Assembly: GCA_010909165.1 (NCBI GenBank)
Contig: MU008189.1
Span: 1-64,000 of the forward strand
Length of the DNA: 64,000 bases
Direction: 5' to 3'
DNA from: Anthoceros angustus
Lineage: Eukaryota; Plantae; Anthocerotophyta
In this document: piece after piece, positions 12,701 through 25,383 of the stretch
How positions within the stretch are numbered: position 1 is the stretch's first letter
Layout: each line of letters starts with the position of its first letter
Notes under the pieces: model-generated
Told to the model about the DNA's origin: nothing
What the model saw: the letters and a program-made list of their open reading frames with translations, nothing else
Databases searched by the model: none
Made by a program: the position numbers and the translations under genes

Positions 12701-15700
12701 AGTCGTAGGATCCACCACTCTGACCTCGGTAGCCGTTGGAGCAGGCATGCGCTCGATGGAGCGTGGCATGTGCGTGCATAGTCATTCACCCATACCTCAT
12801 GTGTGCATAGTCATTTATTCATACCTTCCAACATGCATACACCCGTGTATGCTAGGGTCCGAACTCACGGGGATGCCATTGCCATAGTTTGCGGGCTACA
12901 TTCAAACCTTCTGTGGCAAAGACTTCAAATCTCGTTTTTAGATAAGGGTGTTTCCTTTCAGTACCAAAGGGTGGTACAGATAGCTCATTTTAAAGCCCAC
13001 GTCAAGAGCTTTCTTCTTTATCAAAAAGCAAAGTAAATGGGTAAATATAGAGACTGAAGAAATGTTCAAAGAAAGAGTTGGTTGCTGTCTTCTTTCACAC
13101 ATAGCAAGACATCTGCTAGACCATATCAAGATCGAGATAGCTCACTCTAGAGTCTACAATAAGAGCATTTTTTTTAATCCATACTTACAGCCTAAGAATA
13201 GGTATAGACACCGCAATAGACATTCAAAGGATTCATCACAAATGGTGAGTTTGTTTTCTTCTTTCACACATACCTCGAGATATTTTCAACAAAAACACAT
13301 TACACATGGCTCGTTTTGAAGCTGGAATTGAGAGCGTTTTTTGGAATCAAGCTATGGAGTGTGTGGGCAAGTATGGAGACTGCAAAATACATTCAAAGAC
13401 ATGATGACAGAAGGTACTTGCTGAACAGGATCACACTTGATTCTCATCTCGCATGAGGACAGTGGACATCTTCTCCTTCCTCACCTTCTGCGGATGCTTC
13501 CAGCTGGTTGCAAGCTTGACAACACTCTTTTTCCGTTTCAAACTATCGCCGAGACCATTGTCCATTTTGTTGAGCTCAACAGAATTCAAAGTTTGTGCTC
13601 CACCTAATCGGCTTCCAGGTTGTAAGTAGTTGACACACAATGTTGGCTCCATATGCCTGCGAAACAAAGGATCTGCAGATCGTACGAGATCCCGCATCAA
13701 TTTGTTTGAATGGTATGCTCCCAATCTATGTAAGAGCATTTCTGTGGCATAGCTTGAGGGTTTTGGAAGCTTACCCCTCAATACATGTTGTGTCCTCTCC
13801 TATGGGACAAGGCTGGGTGTTGTTGAGTACTATTATATACAAGCGTCTGAGGTCAGTTAAAATGCAATTGCCCTTTCATGCGTAATACCTTTGCCTGGTG
13901 TTTGCAGAAAAAGCCTTGCATTCCTCTTGGATAATTGCAGCATGCCCAGTCCCCTACAGGATTATAAACAGTGTAGACCAGCCTTTGATCTGTAGAGCTT
14001 TTCACAAGGGCTGGTTCTTGATCGTTGGTAGGAAGTGTGACATGGTCATCAGGTATGGAAAGAGAGCCCCTAATTGCATTTTCGATAATCACCTCTTGTT
14101 TTGCATTGTGCTTGAAGCCATGTTGTTTTTGAAGTGCTTGTGCCAATACACTTTGCACACTGTATCCGTCAGTGTATGGAACAACTGGTAATCCATACAA
14201 CATGATAATTTTTGAAGGGGGTGAATAATCTCGAAGGGGGTTTTCGGCAAATAATCTCTGAAGGGGGTTTTTGATGGGCCCTAAAATAGGGTTTTGAAGG
14301 CATTAACGACTCGAAAAAAGGGTGTCACCGGTAAAGTTACTACTTTCCATCCGGCGGCAATGTTTGTGTCGAATGGTGGTCATGAACTCGAACCTACGGA
14401 ATAATGCAAAGTAGGAGCGGTGAGGAAGGCCGTTCTGCGGGAAGGGACGGTGTAAACTCGGTTTGGGAGGAAAATGTGGTTTTGTTATGACACCACAAAA
14501 GCCACAGACGGTATTTCCCTAACACGGTAACATCGGCAACGGACTTACAACATTAACTCTGGGACCCGGGAAAAAGCAGATTTCAGTTTCACTCATCCCG
14601 AGTTCAATCCTTTCATCACTTGGTCGACTTCTCCTCCATTGTCATCATTATCTTGGGCACTTTGACTCATGAGTTGTATTAAGCCACAACTCATGAGCTT
14701 ATCCCTTATCGCTTTTTGTCCACATCTGGATGTTTAGGAGAGTACCCTCTACACTCGACCAAATCTTTGGCTCGATTTGACGGCATTTGCTTCTAAGGTT
14801 AGCCTTCATTCCAAGGTTGCTTCTAAGGTTAGCCTCGAATTTTCGATGGAAGTGCCACGTCTGAAGTGCGTGGAAGGAGGGCCACAATGGGCGCAGCGGA
14901 GGGAGGCGGCGGGCGCCTCGGGTCGCCCTCCACCCGTCGGGCATAAGGCTGGTGGTGCGAGGGAGGGAACAATGCTTCTCTAAGACCAAATCCATTCTAG
15001 CTGGCCGGAGGTACTTTACGCTGGCAACGCTGCAGGCTGTTGCACGCAAATCCTCACCTTTGGCTTCGGATGTGCGCGAGGCATCATCTCGTGCAACTCC
15101 AACCGGATGGCATCACAATCACCAAACAAAGATCCGGGACCACGGACCACATTAGCTCTTGACGACTCCCAAGATCTTGTAACTCCATCACCCGCGATAT
15201 TGTTTCCAAGCCAAGCCCAAAATCAACAATGTTGTGGATCTTCTCACCAAAGTCCGAGACTCGCAACACTCTCACATCGTAGTCTTGCCCGGTTCCGCCT
15301 GGTGTAGCACATTCTCGATAGTATTCTGGGACCCGCCAAAGATCCGCCGGAGGCCGACCTTGTCGCCGCAGGCGGTGTTATCCGCGGTTCGCCCAAATGC
15401 GCCAACAGGTACATCTTCGCGATGCGCCCGCCATCGGTGAGAAGAAGTCCGGATGGATGGTGAGTCGCCTCGTGGCACACGCCGGGCCCGCCGCGGGCGT
15501 CGTCGGCCGAGCACCGACATCCGGTTAAACGTCCACGAGTTCTTCTTGTGCGATCCTCTCCGCCTGCATCGACTCCGGATCGTGTAAAAGGTCGCCATCG
15601 GGCAACCATATCCTCCGCCCCTCCATATCCGGAACACGCATCGTCATCGCTTCCACCGTTGAAGTCTGCTTTCACCGGTCTCTTCAAGGACTATGCCCGC

Positions 15701-16296
15701 CGACGCCGCCATAGCGTGAATCATCCAAAACTACGACCGGGTTGTGTGCATCATCCAGCGAGATCAACAATTGAGTCGCTGACCATGGCCACCGGTCTGT
15801 AATGACATTTGACTCAATCTACGGCCCGAAGTGTGCAAAAATCGAACACACCTTCTCAAGGCCAAGGCGCCCCACCACATGGATAAATTGAAGCGGGTGC
15901 TACCCATGGTCCCCGCCATGTGGGCAAGCTAGCTGGTATCCCACAAAGGAACCTTAAAGGTTCGCCTGCTCTGTTTGGAGGTGGGCGCCTGGCCGCCAAG
16001 GCCCCACCTCTGTGGGATCTTTTGTGTTATGCCATAGGGTTCTTGACCTCTAGGCCGGGCCGGGCTGGCCCCACCACATACATGCCGGCTCTTAGGGTTT
16101 CATCCCAAGGGTTTTGCATGGGACGGCATTTGACGGTCTTACAAGGCCGCACCCCATCCCATCATACCAAGATTAGAAAGACCTGATTATAGGGCTCTGC
16201 CTATAAGGCCTCGAGTTCAAAACAACCATTCCCACTCAAGAAAACCATTTCTATAAGTTCCCATGCATGTCAACCAGCCCGCCGAAGTGGTAACAA

Positions 16297-16686
16297 TTAC
16301 CTTGATCGGCTTTGTGGACTGGTTCCTAATAGTGCTCTTCTACACCACAAGCAGAGTGAGCACGCGGAAAACCTGTTGGATTTCGTATTTTTTGGGAAGT
16401 TGCTTTTCCATAACTTCAGAACCATGGATATTTCATATAGAGGATCCCGTGAGGTTTCGTGATTGTCACCGTACATACTCCATATTTCCAACCTTGTGTA
16501 TGTGTTCGGAAGGTTGAAGACTTCCACGTCGTGTACCGCCTGCCCATCACCGTAAATGTCTTGTCCATCCGTGATATCGCCTCCATGTGATAAGAAGGCG
16601 TGGTTTGGGGTTAGCCTCAAACCATCCCACGGGCATTCAAAATGACCGCTTCTCGCCTCATATCTCACAGCTATGCACCATATCAA
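16297..16686 (-). pseudogene. Putative Sola-like (DUF7869-type) transposase fragment inside the composite element
   Basis: NLPNTYTRLEIWSMY...ISMVLKLWKSNFPKNTKSNRFSACSLC matches the LP..x..K..V...Y / F...W...FP......RF..C..C pattern I recall for Sola-like transposases. No catalytic DDD core is visible. Confidence 0.5.
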
Positions 16687-16837
16687 TTAATGCCTTCAAA
16701 CAAAGAAATAGATCGGAATGGACCCTATGTGTGCATACTTTACCCCTTCACATCCACCTCCCTCCGCTTGAACCAAGGACTCTAGAAATGTCTCTTGCTC
16801 CTCACCTGCCCATCCTTAGGAATCGGGCACTTCGCTT

Positions 16838-18548
16838 AACACGATAATTTTTGAAGGGGTTAATAATCTCGAAGGGGTTTTCCGCAAATAATCTCTGAAG
16901 GGGTTTTGATGGGCCCTAAAGCAGCTTTTGAAGGCATTGGAAAACAACTCGAAAAAGGGTGTCACCCAAGAAGTTACTACTTTCCATCCAAAGAATGTTT
17001 GTCGAATGGTGGTCAAACTCGAACCTAGGGAATGATGCAAAGTAGGAACGGTGAGGAAGGCTGCTCACGGGGACGATCAGAACTCGCTTTTGGGATGGAA
17101 ATGTGGTTTTGTTATGACACCACAAAAGCCACATGTGGTATTTCCTAACAAACATCGAACGGACTTACAACATTAACTCGGGACCGGAAAACGAGATTTC
17201 GCCACTCATCCCGAGTTCAATCCATCATCACTTGGTCCAGCTTCTCCTCCATTGTCATCACTATCTTGGACACTTTCACTCGCAGTTGTATGAAGCCACG
17301 CAACTCGCAGAGCTTATCCCTTATCGCTTTTTGTCCACCGTGACATGTTTCCGCATGCTCAACACAAACCCATAATCGGGATGACTGTTCATTCACAAAT
17401 ACCTCTATGTTTTTAGGTAATGGATCTTATTCCCTTTTTCCTCGGCATTGGACGGATGGGTTACCACTCTGGCGGACTATGTGTTCACATATCTCCTTCA
17501 TACGCATCTATGTGTGTCCGATACTAGTGGATAAGAAAGTGAGGTCGTGGTGCGTTAGCTTCACGTCAATGACCTCCCAATCCGAATGGCCTATGCGTGT
17601 CCGTATTGCACGGCAGCCAAACATCCCTCTCGATTCCGTTATGTCCCCATTCATCCGCCATTTCCAGCTGTTGCCTTCCGGCATTTTGATATGCCCCCAA
17701 GTACATATCACGCTGTGGGAGGTCCCTCAATAATGCCTCATCTAGCAAAGCTTCATCCGGCACTTGAAGTGGTCAGGCTGTATGATCCACTTCTGCACGT
17801 GAAAACCACTTCCAAGGACGCTGTAGCACTAGCCCAATGTTATTCTCCACAATGATAGCAATCTCCTTCCGGTCCACCCAAAAGGCTTCCCACCACTTGT
17901 ACTCTTCAACAATCACCTATGGACGCAAATCTTTTAACCCTTCCTGCAAATGGGCCACACCTTCCATCGGTGATAGGATACCTGCCGTTCCCTTCTTGTC
18001 CCCCCCCTAGCTTCACCCGCATGCACCGTAGGATGAGGAGGGCGCCACGACCGGCGCCTCCCAAGATGCCTGCCATGCCGGCCGGCGCCCCTAGCACACC
18101 GCCCATGGGCCGGCCGGCCGCCCCTAGCACACACCGCATGGGCGCCGCGCCCAACACGCCCGCCTGCCGGCGCCGGCCGGCGCCTCCCTAGCACACCGCC
18201 CAGGGCGCGGCGCCGGGCGCCTCCCTAGCACACCGCCCATGGGCGCCGCCGGCCGCGCCCCTAGCACACCGCCCATGGGCCGCCGGCCGCCTAGCACACG
18301 CCCGGCCGCGCCCCACACACGCCCGCCCATGGCGCTGGCCGGCGCCTCCCTAGCACACCTGCCCACCCATGGGCGGCCGGCCGGCGCCCTCTCCTCCTCA
18401 TAGGCTGTCTTCAAGAAAATAAATATTTAGCGCCTCAAGAGAGTTGCAACTTGGGATTGTTGGTCTAGTGTTTGGGAAATAAGTGTAGTAATGAATAGGT
18501 TTTGGGTTCAAAACCCATATCTTTTAATAACTCAACTTTGTTGATTTT
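16838..18548. mobile_element. Internal one-ended copy of the TIR family (inverted relative of 2151-4421), truncated at ~18548
   Basis: Starts AACACGATAATTTTTGAAGGGG. 17340-17900 is homologous to ~3300-3900 (reverse complement). It breaks off at CTCAACTTTGTTGATTTT and switches to a repeat of ~14548-14960. Confidence 0.85.
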
Positions 18549-20865
18549 ACAACATTAACTCGGACCCGGAAAACGAGATTTCAGTTTCACTCATCCCGTA
18601 GTTCAATCCTTCACATCACTTGGTCCCTTCTCCCGCATTGTCATCATTATCTGCATGCACTTTGACCTCGAGGTTGTATGAAGCCACACAACCCAGACTT
18701 ATCTCTTATCGCTTTTTGTCCACATACGAGATGTTCCCGGAGGAGTACCCTCTACACTCAACCTAATTCGATGGGATCTTGGCTTGATTAAGATTTGCTT
18801 CTAAGGTTAGCCTTCATTCCAAGGTTGCTTCTAAGGTTAGCCTAATCAATTTTCGATGGAAGTGCCACGCAGGAGGTGCGTGGAAGGAGGGCCAATGGCA
18901 CGCGGAGGAGGCGCCACGCCGGCGCCGCTCGCGCTCCACCCGTCGGCATACTATGGTGGTGGAGGAGGGCGCCACCGCCGGCGCTCCCCACGCCGCACTA
19001 CTCAAATCAGCCCCACGGGTGGCGCAGACGCCTCTTCGCACCACCCGGCCGGGGTTTATAGGTGGTGCGACGAGGATGCTGCGCCGGCCGCCGCCTCCCC
19101 GCACCACCACCGTATGCCCGACGGGTGGAGCGCGAATGGAGGGCGCCGCCGGCCGGTGCCAGGCGCCAAGACCACCTGCTTGCCCACCCCACGGTGGTTC
19201 ACAGGAGGCCGCCGGCCGCGCCCTCCACGAGCCACCCCATCGGTGGCCTACGGCGGTGCGCAGAGGGCGGCTGGCCGCCGGAGCCTCCTTAGCACCACCC
19301 GCTCGGCGCTAGAGGTGCCGCGCCCAGCACACCCCGCCCAAAGATGCTCACTCATGGGCGCGGGTTGCCTCCCTAGCGCATCGCCATGGCGCCGGCCGGC
19401 AGGCCCAACACGCCCGCCCGGCGCGGGCTGGCCGCGCCCAACACGCCCGCCCGCCCATGGGCGCTGGCCGCCGGCCTCCCTAGCACACCATGCCCATGGG
19501 CGCCGGCCGGACGGCTCCTCCCTAGCACACACACCGCCTATGCGCGCTGCTCGCCGGCGCCTAGCACCTTACCCATGCGCCCGCCGCCGCCCACCAACAC
19601 GCCCGCTTGTAGGCCCGGCGCCCCTAGCACACCGCCTACCCATGGCGCGCCAGCCCGCCTCGCCTCAGGCTGTGTTGAATAAACGAATATGTAGCGGCTC
19701 AATAAATTTATACCTTGGTCTAGTGTTTGGGAAAAAGTAGAATAGCTGGGTTTGGGTTCAAAACCCATATCTTTTAATAACTCAACTTTGTTGATTTTAA
19801 GGATGCTACGCAGGGCGCATGGGCAACTAACTTTGTTCATTTTAAGGACGTTGGCATTGCCAAAGCCCAAGTGGTGGACTGGAGTGCCAAAAGGTTGAAG
19901 ACCACGATCGGGCAACCTTTTGGATGGGGTCAAGCAGACCCCAGATGGCGCGGCAATGACACCGCCATCAGGCCCAAGAATGATACTATTGAAGACGAGC
20001 AAGCAATGGAGGAGAACGACAACTTTGAGGCGGACGATATGGACCGCCCATTATAAGCGGTGGTACTTGACTCGCTTTGGCAAGGCATGGATGAGTCTAG
20101 GCCGACTCTTCAATGACTATTATCGATGTTGATGACCACGTCCTCCTTTAGTTTGTTGCAATGTTCTCACGACTAATCGAAACGAGACTCCCGCTTAGTA
20201 TGCGATTGTTTTCATTGTGTTCCACCAGCAAAGTAAAAGTTTCTTGTAATAAACATACGAAATGACGCCTCTATGCATAGACTAAACGCAACGGGCCCAC
20301 ACCCCTCATGCTCCAGCCTTCTCGGGTGTAGACTTGAAAGTGCATCTTTATCAAAGGTATGACCTCGTAAAGGGTGCGATTATCAAAGTAGGCATATGTC
20401 TCTAGGAAAGGTGTTCTCGTGACAAGGGTGTCGTTCTCGACCGGCGGTTACTATATTCCCCTTCAAAATTATCATGTTATACACCAACCTCGCAGACGAT
20501 AAAATCATGGCTCAACATGGATTTTCAAGAAGCCAAGCTTCCACCACCGATCAACTGGCCAAGATGTGGCATGGTCCTGGAATACTTTACCACATAGGTA
20601 GCACTCCCTCCCACTGATTCTTAAAGTACTGAATAAACTCATGAAGCTTCTCTTTCATAATCCACGTCTTGCACATTTATTGCAGCATCTTCCTGGCCTC
20701 AGCTTCCGTTTGCCAATGATGAGAAACATGCATGATGTCATCAAGGCGACTAAAGATTGCCACTCTTGTTCTCCATTGGCTAACCTTAAGCAAGAGGTGA
20801 CGCAGCCAACATTGCCTAACATACCATAAACATAGCAAGATTGGCACAGCATCTCCCCATGTGGC

Positions 20866-23800
20866 TGTGGCGCGACTTTTGCTGACGGCCACCAAGCGCA
20901 GACAATCCGTGTCGCTAGGAAGGAGTTCGTCTCAAGGAATGATGACTTGCGCTGCCAGCATTTTCGCCTTACTTTACGTCCGCTCCACCACTCCCACAAC
21001 CACCCTTAGTTCACGCCTAGCTACTGCAACCAACACCGCACAGCCGGTATGGCTAAACGCTTAAGGACCTCAAGCTCCGCTCCTGCTCGCCTCTCACACC
21101 TCTCGTCCCACCTCTCACACTACACTTATCGGCCTTAAGGAAGACGCTGGTTACAGCCGACCTCCTCCTCCGCTCCACTGCCTCCGGCCCCGCCGACGCC
21201 CCAAGTCCTCCGGCCACACGCTCGGCCTCGCTCGGCTGGTCGCGGCTCGACGAGCACGGGTCCCCGCCACCACCGCACACACCACAACACGTTAGGTCCG
21301 GCCACTGTGACCGACGATCCCTCCGGCTGCCGTGGCTCGCCTGACTCAGACTCACGCTATCGTGAAGACACAGTGGTCCGCAAGAACGCTGCATCAACAC
21401 CAAGGAAAAGATGATTTATTCGTGGCCCCACTCTTATACTACGCCCAGGTCGGCGCCTTTATTACACCCTATTCCGAAACCACCAAGATGCCCTAATCGC
21501 CGCCTACCATCCTATTTCCTCCTCCTATCTCCTTCACGGCGGTAAGGTCCCGGTTCCGCCTTGGGATTGGTGGTCCAATCTCCGCCTCGACGCGGGCGAC
21601 CTAATCGGATGATCCGCGAGGCGGACCTCCTTTCTCCCGAATCCTTGTTGTTACGGCGCGCCCCCGACGACCGCTGCCACAACGTCATCCTCCCTCGGCC
21701 TTCCTGTGGTCCCCTCCGGGGCCACCTGCCCCTAGCGAAGTCGGGGGACTCCTCCATCGCCGAGTCCGACCTCGAGGTCCGGCCTCGACCCGAGCCCCGA
21801 ACCCAAGGGTCCGGCTTATTTCCCGAGTCCGACCGGGCTGGTCCGCCTGCTCGGGTTCGGACCTCGTGGTCCAGATTATTACCGGGTCCGATCTCCAACT
21901 CCGACTCTTCCTGGGACCTCAGATCGCTAGGTCCTCCTCCTTACCCCGACCTTGTCTTGGTCCGGTTGGCTCTGCTGCACCCCCCGCAGCCCTCACCCCT
22001 CGCCGGATCGGGTGGTGGTGAACTTACCTTGGGGTCCGGCCCCGCCTCCTCCTGGGCTCCTCCTTCGCTGTCGTTTCCAAACAGGCCCCTAGGGTCCTCG
22101 GCCTCTGCCCTTCTTCCCCTCCGAGCCTTCCAGGCCGCCCATTGGCCGGGCGCCGAGAGGCCTCTACCGCCTGTGAGCTCTGGTGGTAATAGGCAAAGTC
22201 CGAATCCACTTGCCGGATTGCCTCTTCCACGGTGCCCGAGCACCGATACTCCTTCGCCATAGATGCTCCGGAGCCGAGCCTGCCCCGCTTGTTGCTCCAC
22301 CTCCCGCCAGTTGATAGCCGAGCCGGGTCGCCGCGAGGTCGCCAGTCGCCGGCCACCTCCCGCAGCGCCGCTGCTCCACTTGCTCCAACTCTCTCCGCTT
22401 CCGCTCACGCCAGCCCGCCATAACGCAGCTGCCCTTCCGACTTCCTCACCGACCAGCAGCTTCTTGTCCGCTTCCCGCCTCGCCTTGTCCATTCCGTCGC
22501 ACTCCGCCATCTCCCGCCTGCATTTGGCCGGGCAACACGGCTGACCGGCTTCACCAGTTCCCTTTTCCATCTCGGCGACGCCCCGCCTCCCTGCTCCATC
22601 GCCATCGACTCCGCGCCAATGTAGAGCCGAGCCGCTTATTTCCGGCCGTGCGACCATGTCCCGCAGACTACCATTCCTCTCAATCGATAGTTTGAGTCAG
22701 CCCAAAGTCTCCTTGCGGTCCTCCATCTCGCCGCTGCCCACCTCCCGAGCCGAGTCCGAGATCCTCCACCTCCTTGTGGCGCTTCTTGGGCTGGTTGGTC
22801 CGCTTGCCGCCACCTCTGCTCCATCTTGAGGCGGAGGCGCTCTATCTCACTCGAAGTCTGGATTCTCCCATTGAGAATTCCTTGCTTGCTCAAGCGTCTT
22901 GGGTTGTAACTCCAAGGTGTCCTTGTCCTCCAACTCCGCCTCCCTTCTACCTCTTGCAGTGCGCCACAGGGTCCCGATTTCCGGGTCTTGGCCTCCGATG
23001 TTTGCGGCGTTGCTTGCTCCATGACCACTTGCTCGGCCTTGATTGGCGTGGCTCTCGGCCGCCTCCCTCCACGGTTCCGATCACGATAGTGATCGCGATC
23101 GGCCGCCGTGGCCTCCGCCTCCTTGGCCACCTTCACACGAGCCTCTCGGCTTGGCTCGGTCGGTCAGTGCCTCGCGGATCCGCGCGTTACGCTGCGGGCG
23201 TCCTCGCTTCTGCTGCTCGCCCCTCACTGCGGAGGTCCTCCCGCTTGGGCCTCCTTGAGTGCCGTTCCTCGGTGAAGGAATTTGGTCCGGTCCTTGCGGA
23301 TGGACGGACCTCCCTCTCGCCTCGGCGTTTCCCTCCTCAATCGGCCGAGCTTGGCCTTCCTTCGCCTCTGGGCTCCCTCAGCTGCTCACGGAGGAGTACC
23401 ATGCGCCTCGGGTGGCTTCTACCTCAGGTCTTCTCGGCCATCCCGCCGAGCATCGTCCATGGTGGCAGGACCGCCGTGTTTCTTCCACGGCGGCTGAGTG
23501 AGGCTCCCACAAAGTCCGTGGCGAGCCGGCATCTCACAGTCAGGACCTCCATACTGTCAGGAGTAAGTCGGGGTGGGTTCTCCGGACCTAATCGGGACCC
23601 TTAGGTCTGAGTCTTGACTCGGGCTTCCCCTCCTTGGCCCTTTTGGCGCGAGCTCCTTCTCAGCCCTTTTCCTCCAGGGCTCGGAGGAGGTGAGGGGCGG
23701 GAGCAAGCCTTTTGCCCCTTCGGCGGGACCCGGCTCGGGGTCTGCCGGTGTCCTCCGCTCCACAGGCGTCCTTTACGCCCTCCTTCTGCTTCCTCCGCCT

Positions 23801-25383
23801 CTTGCCACTCAGGTGGCGGGGAAGTCTTGGCACCGGGGGTGCAGCGTTGGTAGCCGTGGTCTTGCGTCTCTTGGCTCCCTCACAGTCGGCGGGCTCCTCG
23901 GTAGGAGTGTGTGGCGGGTGGCGGGTCGGGGCAGCTTCTGGCTGGGCCCACACTGGTTGGGGCACGGAGGAGGAGGCGGGGAATTTCTTCCCATACTTCC
24001 ACAGGTGGTGAGGGGTCCGTTCAGGGCGTATGGAGTCAGGAATCCTCGATCGTCCTCCTCCGGTCCGTTTGGCTTTCGGGGCCTCCTCCCTCGGCGCCCT
24101 TGCACTCCACTTCGGCGGGCCTCAGGTCCTTTCCGGGCGCTCGCTCAAGCTCTCCTTCCTTGAGGAGCTCGAAATGCCCCATACATGGATCGGTATGGGG
24201 GCGGCCAGATGGCGAGGCTTCTCGGTCTGAGCTTGCGAGCCTCACTAAGCCGGAAATAATCCTTCCCAGTCCGCCTCTTCCCCATTGCGGTAGCGTGCGG
24301 GGAATACCCAGTTATCACCAGGTGATCCACCTTGGTAGTAGGTTCGATGGACAATGATCGGGCCACCGCCCGCCATCAGGTCGGATATCGACCAACGTTG
24401 GTGGTCGTTGCGTCGAGCCTTAGCGCCATTGCGTGGCCTATCTTCCCCTTCGCCTTGAGGGCTCGGCACCCTCCCCTCTTCCTCCTTGGGCGGTTGTAGG
24501 CCGCCCTCGGGACCTCAAGGTCCATCGCCTTGGGTCCTCCAGGAGGTTCTTGGACCGCACCTCCTTATTGACCGCATCTTCCGGCGAACTCCGGACAGTG
24601 ACTCAAATGTCGGACCATCTGGAACACATCCAAATGCCACTCCACCAATTCTCCTTGGGCAGGGCCCAAAGTCCGGATAGCGCGGGTCACAATGTTGCGC
24701 TCCACAAGGTTCCATGGCTCCCAAACTTCCATGAGCTTTTGGGTGCCATCGCCTTCTCCTCCCTTGGTTCTTTGTAGCGCAGCCGAGGCTGGCAGCGCGT
24801 TGCGCCTTCTTCGCGTTGCTCCGACCTCAGCGGTGAGCAGCAGGCGTAGTGTCCCGAGATACCGCCCGAGCGGTGCGGGCGCGAGATCGCGAAATTGTCT
24901 CGAGGCCGGTATTCCCTTGACGCTCGTCGGGAGTAACGGGCGGGCGCCTCTTCACACGTGGCGCAGTGCATGGCTTACCTCGCCGCCTCCGCTTACTGCG
25001 GCCTTTCGCGCGCGTACTACGGTCTTCTGGCCGCGCGTCCGCGGCGTGAATACCTATAACGGCCTCAGCAAGGTTCTGATCTGGCGGTGCATGCCGTTCT
25101 CCACTCGAGTTGCCACGTGGCGTCGCTGGTCCTCACGGCTCAACTCTGAGTTACTTTTGGCGTACTTATCACCTTTGGTCTTGGGTGGGTCCGGACTTAT
25201 CCATTACCGTGGCGCCTACCATAGTAGGTCACAGTGCGTTCCTCACTCGGTCGGAGTATACTCAGTGCCGTCCAGTGCTACCATGCTTATTTCCCCTTTT
25301 CAGCCTCATTTTATCCTTTACTCCTACAAAAAAAACAAAACCCTACCTAATTTCTAACCCCCCAGGGAAGTCCGTGGTCCACA
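20866..25383. mobile_element. 4518-bp GC-rich TGTGG...CCACA element with 5-bp TSD GTGGC; giant solo LTR or LTR-derived element of a Ty3/gypsy-like lineage
   Basis: GTGGC at 20861-20865 and 25384-25388; TG...CA termini; removal restores the host MULE frame (ALRAT|WGDAV). No second LTR and no RT or integrase motifs seen. Confidence 0.8.

Larger units (their letters stand above)
14199..20478. mobile_element. Composite 6280-bp TIR element of the same Sola-like family, 4-bp TSD ATAC
   Basis: Starts AACATGATAATTTTTGAAGGGG at 14199 and ends CCCCTTCAAAATTATCATGTT at 20478. ATAC flanks both sides (14195-14198, 20479-20482). The empty site restores the host MULE frame (RLRGWCMDYQLFHTLTDTVCKVYW). Confidence 0.9.

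Noticed and set aside
18856-19740. 294-aa plus-strand ORF and many overlapping ORFs at 17.9-19.7 kb
   Set aside because: They arise from the GC-rich minisatellite of the TIR element; low-complexity P/A/R sequence with open frames on both strands.
21561-25357. Numerous 100-280-aa ORFs in all six frames
   Set aside because: Expected from very high GC inside the 4.5-kb element; no recognisable domain, so none is called as a gene.
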